Assembly (NCBI GenBank): GCA_965248265.1
Contig: CBDFJF010000002.1
Coordinates: 1,600,001-1,664,000, forward strand
Reading direction: 5' to 3'
Length of the DNA stretch: 64,000 bases
Source: Candidatus Latescibacterota bacterium
GTDB taxonomy: Bacteria > Latescibacterota > UBA2968 > UBA8231
This document shows, piece by piece, positions 17,950 to 28,283 of this stretch (its first letter is position 1; each line of letters opens with the position of its first letter). Both the position numbers and the translations under genes were made by a program. Below the pieces are notes generated by a model. It was not told the origin of the DNA. It did no database searches and saw nothing but the letters and a program-made list of their open reading frames with translations.

Positions 17950-19848
17950 TTACTTCCATTTGACGACGACCAGGTTATACAGCCACAGATGCGGTACCGC
18001 GAAGCTCACGCTCCCGGTGCCCGCTGTCGCCTCGATCTTCCTCACCGAACCGGGGGAGAAGTCCGGGGACATCACGGTGACCGCGTCGAGGGATCTGCCT
18101 TCCGGTTTGCGCAGCTCGACCGCCATGTCCTCCGCCGAGAGCTTGGCATCGTAATTGATCATGTGGACCAAGGTAGTGTTCAGTTGAGTCTTCTCGGCGA
18201 CATTGATCAGCGTTGTGTTGGGTGCGTCGACGCGGATCTGGCGGTCGCCCTGCACTGCATAGTCGATCGCAGCCTCGATCTGCTCCAGGCTTGCTGGCAG
18301 GGCCTCGCGCCAGAAATCCTCTTCAGGTTCTCCCGGCAGGTAGACTGAGCGACCACGGCCCACCTCGTTCCGTACCGCGTCTTCGGCGGCCTGACCATGG
18401 TGGTGTCCGAAGACCTGGCAGAGGGCGAAGTCATCTCTGATCCGATACTTCTCATCGTACAGGGAAGTCGCACCGGTAGCGATGACCGCCCCGCCCCGCT
18501 CCACGAATCCGGCGATGGCCTCGGCTTCCTGGTCGCTCATGCAGGCCACATCGGGCAGGACGAGTACACGGTAGCCATGGTCCTGCAGGACCTGGCGGTC
18601 GACGACGACATTGAACGGGATATGGAGTTCGGCCAGCGCCTGGGCCATGCCCTGAATGCTCTTGGGCAACCCGCCCCTGCGGACAGCCTGGTCGGGGTGG
18701 TACCATTTTACCGTAGGGGCAGAAACGAAAATGGCGACGTCCGCCGGTTCGATGACATCGTTGTAGAACTGCTGGTTGTTTTTCAGGAAGGCGTAGTAGC
18801 GTTTGACGCCGGCTCGCTTGACATCCTCCTGTTGCAGTACGTTGGCGATGATGTACTGATACAGACCACCGAAAGCGATCGACTCGGCGATTCCACGCAT
18901 CGAGTCCTCAGGAGTGTAGACGTTGTCCGGCGAGTGGGCTCTTGAGAAGACTGGCTTGTCGCTGAGGGCGGTCGCGTACTTCCAATCCACCGCCGCGTTT
19001 ATCGGCCTGGGCAGGCCGCCGGCAATCCCAATACGCGGCTGGGTGTTCCCTTCGAACAATAGGATGTCCACGACGTCGGCTAATTCCGTCGTCGCCGAAC
19101 CCTTGGCCCCACCTCCACCCACCCAGGGCGGGCATACGTTGGGGTAGACGACGATCTCCGGTTTCAGCTGCTTGGCGTGGGCGACAATCATGCGGGTAAC
19201 ATCGACCAGGCTGGCGTCTCTGAAGTCGATGAAAGCCTGCCACACAGGGTCGTCCCAGTCGGGCTCCGGTGGCAGAGCGCAGGGCCAACCGAGCCTGTCC
19301 TTCGTGTACGCCTCGAACTGCTCACGGCAGACGTCGCAATAGCAGGCCCAGGACCGGAAGAATCCCTCGCTCTCGGCGCCCGCCAGCCGGCTGGGGATGA
19401 AGTGATTGTCGTAGAACAGGCCGTCGACATCCAGCTTCACAGCCTCCGCGATCATCTCCTTCAACAAACCCCTCCAGCCGGGGTTGTTTAGGCACCCCAT
19501 GTAGCGCTCGGGGTCAGATCCGTAGAGCGCGGGGGTACCGTCCTGGCAGAGCATGATCCAGTCCTTCGACTCGGGGCGCTCGTGGAACATCGGTCTCCAC
19601 TGCAGGTTGGTCGTCTTCATGTAGGTGCTGACCCTGATGCCAGCTTCATGTGCCCGCTGCACGAAGGACTGGATCGCCTTCCACTTCCAGCGTTCGCGTC
19701 TGCCCGTCGTACCGGTGAAGCTGACGAGCGTCAGGTTGGCGTCGACCTCACGGGCGATGTCGATCGCTGTGTCGCCGTCCAGGTTGATGTAGGCACTGGA
19801 CATGTACCGGACCGTGCCCCGCTGGGCCCACTGCTGTGAGTCTGCCAT
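17950..19848 (-). CDS. Putative glycoside hydrolase (TIM barrel + GH42-type trimerisation/GATase1-like domain)
   Basis: CLNNPGW, VDGLFYDN, CYCDVC, YRVLVLPDVACMSD....I..FVE.GG. Confidence 0.75.
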   Translation of the reverse strand: MADSQQWAQRGTVRYMSSAYINLDGDTAIDIAREVDANLTLVSFTGTTGRRERWKWKAIQSFVQRAHEAGIRVSTYMKTTNLQWRPMFHERPESKDWIMLCQDGTPALYGSDPERYMGCLNNPGWRGLLKEMIAEAVKLDVDGLFYDNHFIPSRLAGAESEGFFRSWACYCDVCREQFEAYTKDRLGWPCALPPEPDWDDPVWQAFIDFRDASLVDVTRMIVAHAKQLKPEIVVYPNVCPPWVGGGGAKGSATTELADVVDILLFEGNTQPRIGIAGGLPRPINAAVDWKYATALSDKPVFSRAHSPDNVYTPEDSMRGIAESIAFGGLYQYIIANVLQQEDVKRAGVKRYYAFLKNNQQFYNDVIEPADVAIFVSAPTVKWYHPDQAVRRGGLPKSIQGMAQALAELHIPFNVVVDRQVLQDHGYRVLVLPDVACMSDQEAEAIAGFVERGGAVIATGATSLYDEKYRIRDDFALCQVFGHHHGQAAEDAVRNEVGRGRSVYLPGEPEEDFWREALPASLEQIEAAIDYAVQGDRQIRVDAPNTTLINVAEKTQLNTTLVHMINYDAKLSAEDMAVELRKPEGRSLDAVTVMSPDFSPGSVRKIEATAGTGSVSFAVPHLWLYNLVVVKWK

Positions 19849-20024
19849 GGTTCAAACTCCTGTCTTTCGTTGCCCGGTGGATACCCTTTTTGCCTCGGCG
19901 CTAGAGGCTACGCCGTTGACAGGCCGGACACAAGATGGCTCATGTACGGTTGCCATTTACGCCGCTCCCGGGCTATGCTCCTTGGGTGTACGTCCACACA
20001 GACCAAGCAGACCAGGAGAACGAC

Positions 20025-21344
20025 ATGAGCAACATACCCATGACCCGTGCCGAAGAGGCCCTGGCGATCCACGAAACCCGGTACTTCCACGACTCCTCCT
20101 TCGTTGAGCTCGACGACGGCCGCATCATGCACTCGGCCTACGGGGTCTTCACTTTCTCAGATGATGGCGGGGTGACCTGGTCGGAGGAGTCGCGCCACCG
20201 CGACCGCAACGGCGACCCCGTCGGTGGCAGCGGGACCTCCCTGGTGAGGTTGTCGGAAAAAGGCATAGGCCTCGGGGTGCGGCGCCTCAATCAGGACGGC
20301 AAGGTCGGGCAGGAGGCGAGTGTCATCTTCCGGCGCTCTGAGGACGGCGGTGAGACATGGGAGCCGCCCGTTGAGGTCAGCTCCCCCGGAGTCGATACCC
20401 ATGCCTACCAGGACGTGCTGTTGCGCACCTCCTCGGGACGACTCATCTATCCGGTGTACACGGCGATGGGGAAGGGCACGACGAGTTTGAACGACTCGGA
20501 GCGGCCCGCTGTTGGCAAGCTCGTGAAGGGCCAGTGGGTTGCGGTGGGCGCTCACGATTACGACCCCAGGTTCACGACCGTGTACGTCTGCTACTCCGAC
20601 GACGACGGTCGCACCTGGGAGCGCAACCAGGACGGCGACCTGTTCATCCTGCTGGATTGGAATGCCTCCTTCAGCTACATCAATGAACCATCGGTGACCG
20701 AGGTAGCGCCAGGCACGCTGCTGATGATGTTGCGCACCGGTCTGGGCCGTCACTTCCAGGCATGGTCCTATGATAATGGCGAAACTTGGACGCGCCCGCA
20801 GCCCACGTCCCTGGCTTCGAGCACGACGCCATGCCAGATACGGACCCTGCCCAACGGCCACCTGCTGATGGTCTGGAACCAGGAGAGCGAAGCGGAGATC
20901 AAGCAGGGTTACGCCAGGACACGTCTGTCCGCCGCGATCAGCCGCAACGGTGGCAGCGTGTGGGAGTTTTTCCAGAACGTGGAGTCGATGCACGAGACCA
21001 CACGAGTCGAACCGGGACCCATCTGTCCGACACGCCCCGCCGAGATGCATTTCGATCCCGGGTCCGCCTCCCCCGAGCGGGAGGTCGAGCACATCCATCC
21101 GGCGGATGCGCACGGGCGGTGGGCGTACCCATCAGCGTTCGTGCTCAAGGACCGGGTCATCATTGCCCACACCTATTCTTACTATAAGGAGCATCCGACT
21201 GAGGCCCGTCTGGTTTCTAGCCGGACCGAAGAAGGGGCACCGAATCAGAAGCAGAAGGTGCTCCCACTGAGCTGGTTCTATGGCGGCAAGGAGCCCGCGG
21301 ACAACCCATTTCTGACCACGACACGAGAGCCGGCCCAGCCGTGA
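20025..21344 (+). CDS. BNR-repeat sialidase-family protein
   Basis: AGGAG RBS; five Asp-boxes (SDDGGVTW, SEDGGETW, SDDDGRTW, SYDNGETW, SRNGGSVW); AYPS. Confidence 0.85.
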   Translation: MSNIPMTRAEEALAIHETRYFHDSSFVELDDGRIMHSAYGVFTFSDDGGVTWSEESRHRDRNGDPVGGSGTSLVRLSEKGIGLGVRRLNQDGKVGQEASVIFRRSEDGGETWEPPVEVSSPGVDTHAYQDVLLRTSSGRLIYPVYTAMGKGTTSLNDSERPAVGKLVKGQWVAVGAHDYDPRFTTVYVCYSDDDGRTWERNQDGDLFILLDWNASFSYINEPSVTEVAPGTLLMMLRTGLGRHFQAWSYDNGETWTRPQPTSLASSTTPCQIRTLPNGHLLMVWNQESEAEIKQGYARTRLSAAISRNGGSVWEFFQNVESMHETTRVEPGPICPTRPAEMHFDPGSASPEREVEHIHPADAHGRWAYPSAFVLKDRVIIAHTYSYYKEHPTEARLVSSRTEEGAPNQKQKVLPLSWFYGGKEPADNPFLTTTREPAQP

Positions 21345-21454
21345 GGCCGCTGGCAGCGGGGCGCCACAGCATCCCGAGGTGAGCTCTGCTCTGGCGATGT
21401 TTCAGAGGTTGGGAAGTTCTTGCATGGGTTGCACCCGACACGCACAATGAGGTC

Positions 21455-22720
21455 ATGGAGAACGCCGCACCCAAAGCCCGCATTTGCTGCCTCGATCTGG
21501 ACACGTTCTTCGTCTCGGTCGAGCGATTATTCCGGCCGGATCTGATTGGAAAACCGGTGGTGGTCGGTGCCCTCCCGGGAAGCCGGGGTGTGGTCACCGC
21601 TGCCAGCTATGAAGTGCGCGCCTTCGGGGTGCGCTCCGGGATGTCAATCGCCGATGCCTATCGGTTGGCACCGCATGCGATCTACCTGTCCGGGCGGCAC
21701 GGGGAATACAGCCAGTACGCCTGCCGGGTGAAGGAGATTCTCGAGCGTTACACACCGATCGTCCGAACGGCAAGCATCGATGAGTACTTCCTCGACTTCC
21801 GTTACTGCGAAGGAATGTACCGCGATGACGGTGACCGCGATGACGATGCGACCATCGAACGGGTCGTGCGCGAGGTGTGTCTGGCAATCAAGAACGAGAC
21901 CGGTCTGCCAGCCAGCGCCGGTATCGCGACGTCGCGACCGGTAGCGAAGATGGCCTCGAATGTGGCCAAGCCGGCGGGGGTGCGAATGGTGCGCTCAGGT
22001 GAGGAGCGCGCATTCGTCATAGCGCTTCCGTGTCGCAAGTGGCCCGGTGTGGGACCGGTTGCCGACGAACGGCTCCGCAAATCGGGCATCAACACGCTCG
22101 GCGATCTGCTGGCGGTGCCGGAGAGTTCACGCGAGCGATCCCTGGCCACGTCGGTGCGTCAGGTGGTTTCGGGTGAGGCCGACAACGGGCTCGGGCGTGA
22201 CCGGCCGGCGTTCCGCGAGCACGATCCAAAAGGGTTGACCCTTGGCAGCATCTCCAACGAGAGCACCTTCGGACATGATGTCGGCGACCTGGACGCCATC
22301 CTGGATCGTCTGCGCTCCCTTGGCGAGCGGGTCTGCTGGCGTGCGCGGCAAAGGGGCATCCTGGCGCGTACCATCACCCTCAAGCTCCGTTACGCTGACT
22401 TCGAGACCCTGACCCGGGCCCGCACCATCAGGGCGACGAATGTCGAGGCTCGGGTTCTCGCGTGTGTGAAGGAGCTCTTCCGGGATAACTACGACGGGCG
22501 TCGCCAGGTCCGTCTCCTCGGCATTGCCCTCTCAGGGCTCCAGGAAACGAGCTGTCAGCTCGAGTTGCAGTTCGACGAAGAGGCGCGTCCGCCCATGGAA
22601 AAAGCCATCGACGCTGTCCGCGAGCGCTTCGGATATGAGTCGATCCGCCTCGGACTGGCAGAGCGGTCGAGGCGGCGCTACCGCAACCGGCCCAAACCCG
22701 GTGCAAAAGTGGCTGGCTGA
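21455..22720 (+). CDS. dinB: DNA polymerase IV (Y family)
   Basis: DLDTFF.SVE, AASYE.R.FG, SIDE, AK.AS...KP.G; C-terminal QLELQF clamp-binding-like motif. Confidence 0.95.
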   Translation: MENAAPKARICCLDLDTFFVSVERLFRPDLIGKPVVVGALPGSRGVVTAASYEVRAFGVRSGMSIADAYRLAPHAIYLSGRHGEYSQYACRVKEILERYTPIVRTASIDEYFLDFRYCEGMYRDDGDRDDDATIERVVREVCLAIKNETGLPASAGIATSRPVAKMASNVAKPAGVRMVRSGEERAFVIALPCRKWPGVGPVADERLRKSGINTLGDLLAVPESSRERSLATSVRQVVSGEADNGLGRDRPAFREHDPKGLTLGSISNESTFGHDVGDLDAILDRLRSLGERVCWRARQRGILARTITLKLRYADFETLTRARTIRATNVEARVLACVKELFRDNYDGRRQVRLLGIALSGLQETSCQLELQFDEEARPPMEKAIDAVRERFGYESIRLGLAERSRRRYRNRPKPGAKVAG

Positions 22721-22938
22721 CCAGAAAAAACTCCACCACCATTTCTGACGCAGTGTGACGCAGTTGAGCTATTGTGATTGAGGCAATATAGTATTACATG
22801 ATAGAATTTTACAGAAAGTAGTATAGAATGTCATGAAACCGCCGATAGATATAGACAGAGCCGAAGGGGTTCTCCCAGAATTCCTTCATCAACGGGTAAC
22901 ATTCAGAGTTCAGGCACACCAAGCCTGAGGAGGGTCAC

Positions 22939-23244
22939 ATGCGACGGACAACACCGACTACAGTGTACGGCCAGGAAGCATTCGCCGAAGAGCTATCGAT
23001 TGGGGTCGCTGAGGCACCCGCGGTCATCGCCGACGTCGAGATGGAGGCTGATTTAGTGGCGTGGATCGATGAGTTCGATGGAGCTGGCAGGGTATTCGGT
23101 CTGGAGGGAGATACCTGGCTCGCCGAGCCGGAGCGGCAGTATGGGGATCAAATAGCCGAACTGTTCGCGCTGGCCGAGGAATTCGGGGAGTGTGTCAGTC
23201 ACACTGAATCGGATGAGTGGATGGACGAAAACGAGGCAGGATAA
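22939..23244 (+). CDS. Small acidic hypothetical protein
   Basis: 101 aa, Asp/Glu-rich, strong GAGGAGG RBS. Confidence 0.6.
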   Translation: MRRTTPTTVYGQEAFAEELSIGVAEAPAVIADVEMEADLVAWIDEFDGAGRVFGLEGDTWLAEPERQYGDQIAELFALAEEFGECVSHTESDEWMDENEAG

Positions 23245-23360
23245 CTGAGCAGAGCCTCGTTGTCCATGACCATCAGGCTGTTATGGATTTCGGATAGATT
23301 GTCCAACGCGTCGTCCCTGCCGCGGGTTTCCTCGGGGAGCAAGGCCGTTCGCTGGTTGCC

Positions 23361-24071
23361 CTACTTGTCCTGCTGCGCCTTCCACTGTTCATACTCGGCG
23401 AGGGTTTTAGTGTTCGGCGGATAATTGCCGACCAGACTGGCCCCATTCTCGATGCGTTTGATGATGAACTGCTCCTTCAGTTCCTGGGCCGCCGCCGCTT
23501 CGGCTACCTCATCGGCCAGGTGGACGGGGACGACGACGACCCCCTCGCTGTCGCCGACGATGATGTCACCGGGAAACACGGCAACGCTACCGCAGGCAAT
23601 CGGCACCTGAATCTCGCTTGGATGGTGGACGGTCTTGTTGGTGTGGGCATTCATGGCAGCGGCATAGGCGGCGATGCCTAACTCGCCAATAGCTGGACTG
23701 TCGCGGTATGCACCGTCGGTCACGATGCCGACGCCGCCCTTCTGTTGGATTCGCGTTGCCAGAATGTTGCCCATGGTTCCCGCACTGGTGATTCCTCGCG
23801 CGTCAATGACAAAGACTTCGCCCGGTGACATCTGTTCGATCCCCACTCGTTGCGGGTCAGTGAGGTTGTCCGGCTCACCTGCATCCAAGTCCTCGCGCGC
23901 GGGGATGTAGCGCAGCGTATAGGCCGGACCGGCCATCCTCATGCCCGGCTTCAGCGGCTGGACCCCTTGCATATAGGAATTGGCGAGTCCCTGTGCCTTG
24001 AGCGCGGAAGTCAGGGTGGCGGTGCTGGGTTGCATGAGTTTGTTCAGCGTATCGTTCGAGATCGCAGTCAT
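23361..24071 (-). CDS. RraA/HMG aldolase family protein
   Basis: AGPAYTLRYIPAREDL, G.ILATRI...G..GIVTDGAYRD, V.PGDIIVGD.EGVVVVP. Confidence 0.85.
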   Translation of the reverse strand: MTAISNDTLNKLMQPSTATLTSALKAQGLANSYMQGVQPLKPGMRMAGPAYTLRYIPAREDLDAGEPDNLTDPQRVGIEQMSPGEVFVIDARGITSAGTMGNILATRIQQKGGVGIVTDGAYRDSPAIGELGIAAYAAAMNAHTNKTVHHPSEIQVPIACGSVAVFPGDIIVGDSEGVVVVPVHLADEVAEAAAAQELKEQFIIKRIENGASLVGNYPPNTKTLAEYEQWKAQQDK

Positions 24072-24192
24072 TGGCCGTACGGGTTGGGAGGGAAGATTGC
24101 GACCCGAAAACGGTAAGGATGTCCCCACGTTTGATCAACCGTGCCTCGTTCCGGTAGCCTGCGACAGGGAAGATCCGATTTCATCCAGTCCC

Positions 24193-24478
24193 ATGACGCT
24201 GACTCCCAGCGAGCCTGCGGCAAAGACAGTCTCTCTGGACGCGGCTTTTGAAGAAGCCTCACGGTCCACATCGTTCGCATCAACAGACCACATCGACTGT
24301 GATGCCGTGCGTGCCGAACTGACGGAACGCCTCCGCTCAATCCGAATGCCTGAACAATACATCCAACGATCTGGTCCGTTCTGCAATCCAGCGTCAGATC
24401 GACGGAGTACTGGGACAGCTCGAGGACCTGGAGGATGACCCGAGTTGCGCCGTTGTCGGCAGTGAAGTCATCGAGTAA
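24193..24478 (+). pseudogene. Possible frameshifted small helical protein
   Basis: Frame A ...AELTERLRSIR continues in the +1 frame from 24347 as CLNNTSNDLVRSAIQRQIDGVLGQLEDLEDD...*. Confidence 0.3.
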
Positions 24479-24762
24479 CCAGATCGAATACAGACGTAGT
24501 AGTCACCAGGCTCCACGGCTTCACCCCAATCCGCGTGCAGGGCCAGTCGTCCGTGGCCCGGCAAGGCGGTACGACTGTTGAGCGACGACAGCTTGAATGG
24601 TTCCCCAACACGAGGCTGTGATCACAGCCGGATTAACAGGCAGCAAAGCAATAAGGTCAATGACCCTCGTTGACCGGCAGCCATCAAGCCCGGTGGTTAT
24701 ACTAGCGGGATGGCCAGCATCCATTAGGGTCCACCCGACACTCGACGAAAGAGCAAGGTACC

Positions 24763-25776
24763 ATGGAATACCGCAACATGGGCCGCACAGGCCTAAAAGT
24801 CTCCGAAATCTGTATGGGGACGATGACCTTCGGTAGCGGCACGGATGCGGATGAGGCCCGACGCATGGTCGATCGGGCAATCGACGTCGGCATCAACTTC
24901 TTCGACACGGCGAATTCATACGGAGGCGGAGAGTCCGAGCTCAGTCTGGGAAAAGCGCTAGCGGGCAAGCGAGACCGCGTGGTCGTGGCCACCAAATTCT
25001 TCAACCCGATGGGTCCGGGGCCCAACGATTCCGGTATGTCGCGGGTCCACATCATGCAGGCAGTTGAGGCGAGCCTTCAGCGATTGCAGATGGACTACGT
25101 GGATCTCTACTACATCCATCACGTTGATCCCGAGACGCCGATTGACGAAATGCTACGCGCCCTCGACGACCTGGTGCGTCAGGGGAAGGTTCGGTACACC
25201 GCCTGCAGCAACTACCAGGGATGGCGGCTGATGAAGGCGTTGTGGACGAGCGATGTCGAAAAGCTTGCCCGCTTCGACTGTTATCAACCGCAGTACAACC
25301 TGGTGGTTCGCGACATCGAGCAGGAGTTGATCCCGATTTGCCAGTCTGAAGGGCTTGGGGTCGTCGTCTGGAGTCCGCTGGCCGGTGGTTTCCTCTCAGG
25401 GAAATACAAACCGGGTGAGCGGGTTTTGAGCGGGACACGGTCCGCTGATGACTGGGCATATCCACAGCAGTACTTCGCCGCCAACGCAGACGAGACGCTA
25501 CAAGTGGTGGCTGAGGTGGCCACACGGTTGGGACGCACTCCGGCACAGGTGGCGTTGCGTTGGTGTCTGGAACAACCTGCGATCACTTCCGCTATCGTCG
25601 GAGCGCGCACGCAGGTGCATCTGGATGACAACCTGCACGCGGCCGACTTCCGGCTCGTGGGCGAGGTGCTCGAGCGACTCAACAGCGTGTCCCATCTACC
25701 CGATCGCTATCCCGAGGCGATGGAGAAGCACATGGACGAGCGCCGTGCCGCCCGCGTCCAGATGCCAGGCTCCTAG
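24763..25776 (+). CDS. Aldo/keto reductase
   Basis: GLKVSEICMGTMTFG, FDTAN.Y, ATK, SLQRLQMDYVDLYYIH, WSPLAGG. Confidence 0.95.
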   Translation: MEYRNMGRTGLKVSEICMGTMTFGSGTDADEARRMVDRAIDVGINFFDTANSYGGGESELSLGKALAGKRDRVVVATKFFNPMGPGPNDSGMSRVHIMQAVEASLQRLQMDYVDLYYIHHVDPETPIDEMLRALDDLVRQGKVRYTACSNYQGWRLMKALWTSDVEKLARFDCYQPQYNLVVRDIEQELIPICQSEGLGVVVWSPLAGGFLSGKYKPGERVLSGTRSADDWAYPQQYFAANADETLQVVAEVATRLGRTPAQVALRWCLEQPAITSAIVGARTQVHLDDNLHAADFRLVGEVLERLNSVSHLPDRYPEAMEKHMDERRAARVQMPGS

Positions 25777-27035
25777 GCTGAATCCGTGCGACGAGGACTC
25801 AGAGACGACAGGGCCCCGAGCCGCCTCAATGAGGGGAAGAGGCCGGTCCAGGCGGCAACTACCACCAGGGTGCCGATGCCGCCGCTGATCACTGAGATGA
25901 CCGGTGTGAAGAAGTGGGCGACGGTTCCGGATTCGGCGCCGCCGAGCTCGTTGGACGAACTGACGAAGATGGCGTTGACGGCGGAGACGCGGCCGCGCAT
26001 TTCGTTGGGCGTGCTCATCTGCAATACGACATGACGAATCACCATGCTTACGTTGTCGAGGGCGCCTGTGAGAGCCAGCATGGTCATGGCCAGCCACAGG
26101 TTGTCGGTCAGACCAAAGCCTATCGTGGCCACGCCGAAGCCGGCGACAGAAACGAGTAGCATCCTTCCCGCTCGTTTCATCGGGGGCAGGTAAGCCAGCA
26201 GCAGGGCCGCGGTGAAGGCCCCAACAGCGGGTGCGGCGCGCAGCCATCCCAGGGCTGCCTCCGCGCTGATGTCGACACTGCGCAGGTCGATGATATCCCG
26301 GGCGAAAATGGGCAACAGGTAGACGGCGCCACCCAGCAGGACGGCGAACATGTCGAGGCTGGTGGCGCCCAGGACGAGTTTTGTACGCCAGACGAATTGC
26401 AGCCCTTCCACCACCTGACCCGTCATGTTGCCCCGCGGGCTGCGAGGGGCGTCCGGTAGAGCCATGAAGAACAAGAAGAGAATGAACACGGCCGAGGACA
26501 GCGCACTCAACAGGTAGGCTGCCGGGATGCTGAAGGCGATGATGAGCCCGCCCAGCGCGGGGCCGGCTATTCCGCTAATCTGTTGAAAGATGGTACGCCA
26601 CTTGATCGCATTCTCGAAAATCGGGGTTGGAACAAGCAAAGGCATGATGGCGCTTCGGGCCGGCCAGCCCAGGCGCAGGAACAGTGAATCGAGAAAGAGG
26701 ATCGTGTACATCCAGAAGATCGGGGCCTGGTACCAACTGCACACGGCGAGCGCGATGGACGTGAGTGTGGCGCCTGCGAGACTCAGCATCATCAACTTGC
26801 GGCGGTCGAAAACGTCGGCCAGGTAACCGGCGGGCAGGGTGAACAAGAGCATGGGTATCGCCTGGACAAGACCGACCATGCCCAATGCGAAGGCCTCATC
26901 GGTGCGTTCGTAAATCTCCCAACCGATGGCCAGACCCTGGCCGGCAGTACCTATGTTGACGAGGTAGGAGGTGATCAGGTAACGCCGAAAGAGCGGAACT
27001 CGCAGGGCGCTGTAGGGATCGTGGCCCTCGGTCAC
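25773..27035 (-). CDS. MFS transporter (DHA3/EntS-like)
   Basis: 12 TM; GYLADVFDRRK motif A; P.EMRGRV. Confidence 0.9.
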   Translation of the reverse strand: MTEGHDPYSALRVPLFRRYLITSYLVNIGTAGQGLAIGWEIYERTDEAFALGMVGLVQAIPMLLFTLPAGYLADVFDRRKLMMLSLAGATLTSIALAVCSWYQAPIFWMYTILFLDSLFLRLGWPARSAIMPLLVPTPIFENAIKWRTIFQQISGIAGPALGGLIIAFSIPAAYLLSALSSAVFILFLFFMALPDAPRSPRGNMTGQVVEGLQFVWRTKLVLGATSLDMFAVLLGGAVYLLPIFARDIIDLRSVDISAEAALGWLRAAPAVGAFTAALLLAYLPPMKRAGRMLLVSVAGFGVATIGFGLTDNLWLAMTMLALTGALDNVSMVIRHVVLQMSTPNEMRGRVSAVNAIFVSSSNELGGAESGTVAHFFTPVISVISGGIGTLVVVAAWTGLFPSLRRLGALSSLSPRRTDSA

Positions 27036-27054
27036 AGGCGAGGTGCTGTGACGG

Positions 27055-28170
27055 TCAATGAATTACCCAGAAGGCAGCTGCCGCCAGCGTTGCCGCCACC
27101 GGCAGCGTGACTACCCAGGACAGAATGATTCCGGAGATGACGCCTTTGTTTCCCGTCCTGGTGACCGTGCCGATTCCGAAGAGCGATCCAACCGAGACAT
27201 GTGTCGTCGACACGGCCAAGCCCAGGTGGCTGGCGAAGATGACGAGAATCCCTGTTACCAGGTTCGCGGTGAACCCCTGGCCGTGGTTCAGTGTGGTGAT
27301 TTCCTTGCTCATTTTGTGAGCCACTCTTCTGGCGCTCAGCAGCCCACCCAGAGCCATGGCGATGGCCACCGACCCCATGCTCACCTCGATAGCCATAGCC
27401 TCAACCGCGATCAACATGGCCACAATCTTCGGGGTGTCATTCAAGCCCCTGGCGAAGCTGACTACGCCGGCGCTGAGGTAGTGCAGTAGGTCAAGAAGCT
27501 TCTGTGCGTTGACTGCCAGGAACTGGCCGCTGTACCGGACGGAGCAATTCGGCTCCAGGTCCATCGAAACATCGGGAGCCGTCATGCAACGGAGGGACAT
27601 GGTGGCCGCGGGTTGAGGAATGGCGACTATCCGCTCGGTTTGACCGACACAAAAACACATCTCCTTGGTTACGCCGAAACGGATTCTGACGCATCTGAGG
27701 ATCATGTAGAAGATCGAAGCGAGGACAACGGCGATGAGTGGGCTCAGCAGAAGGGGCAGGAAGAATTTATTGCCGAGGATCAGCAGATTCACCTGGGCGC
27801 CCACGGCCATCAAACCACTGCCAACCAGGGCACCGATTAGACTGTGTGTGGTTGAAACGGGAAATCCGGTCAAGGTAGCCAGAATGACCGCCAGCGCTGC
27901 TCCGATGACGACGGCGAGGAGGAAGTCAGGTTGGCCGGCAACCACATTCGGAACCAGACCCTTGCCGGAGAAATTGTGGATCAGTGTTTGTGCCAAGAAG
28001 ACGGAGCAGACGGAACCGGCGGCCGTTGTCAGCGTTGCCCACCACAATGCCCGCCTGTAATCAGTGGTGTCGCTGCCGAACAGGGTTGCGACCCCTTTGA
28101 AGTTGTCGTTCGACCCATTGGCATAGGCCAGAAAACAGGTCGCAACGAAAAGCGCGGCAGCGAGGATCAT
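27055..28170 (-). CDS. PiT-family anion (phosphate/sulfate) permease
   Basis: NGSNDNFKGVATL, PVSTTHSLIG, ARGLNDTPK, VSTTHVSVG. Confidence 0.85.
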   Translation of the reverse strand: MILAAALFVATCFLAYANGSNDNFKGVATLFGSDTTDYRRALWWATLTTAAGSVCSVFLAQTLIHNFSGKGLVPNVVAGQPDFLLAVVIGAALAVILATLTGFPVSTTHSLIGALVGSGLMAVGAQVNLLILGNKFFLPLLLSPLIAVVLASIFYMILRCVRIRFGVTKEMCFCVGQTERIVAIPQPAATMSLRCMTAPDVSMDLEPNCSVRYSGQFLAVNAQKLLDLLHYLSAGVVSFARGLNDTPKIVAMLIAVEAMAIEVSMGSVAIAMALGGLLSARRVAHKMSKEITTLNHGQGFTANLVTGILVIFASHLGLAVSTTHVSVGSLFGIGTVTRTGNKGVISGIILSWVVTLPVAATLAAAAFWVIH

Positions 28171-28283
28171 GCAGAGGAAGTTTAACCCACAGCGAACATG
28201 AGTCCAAACGACAAAAGGTCCGGCAACACCGCCTGAGCGGGATCGCCGGACCTGGGCACATCGTCAAAGTGGGGACGAGAACG

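Noticed and set aside
24480-24762. Possible 6S or other ncRNA
   Set aside because: I could not form a convincing long stem or match a known consensus by eye; an Rfam scan would settle it.
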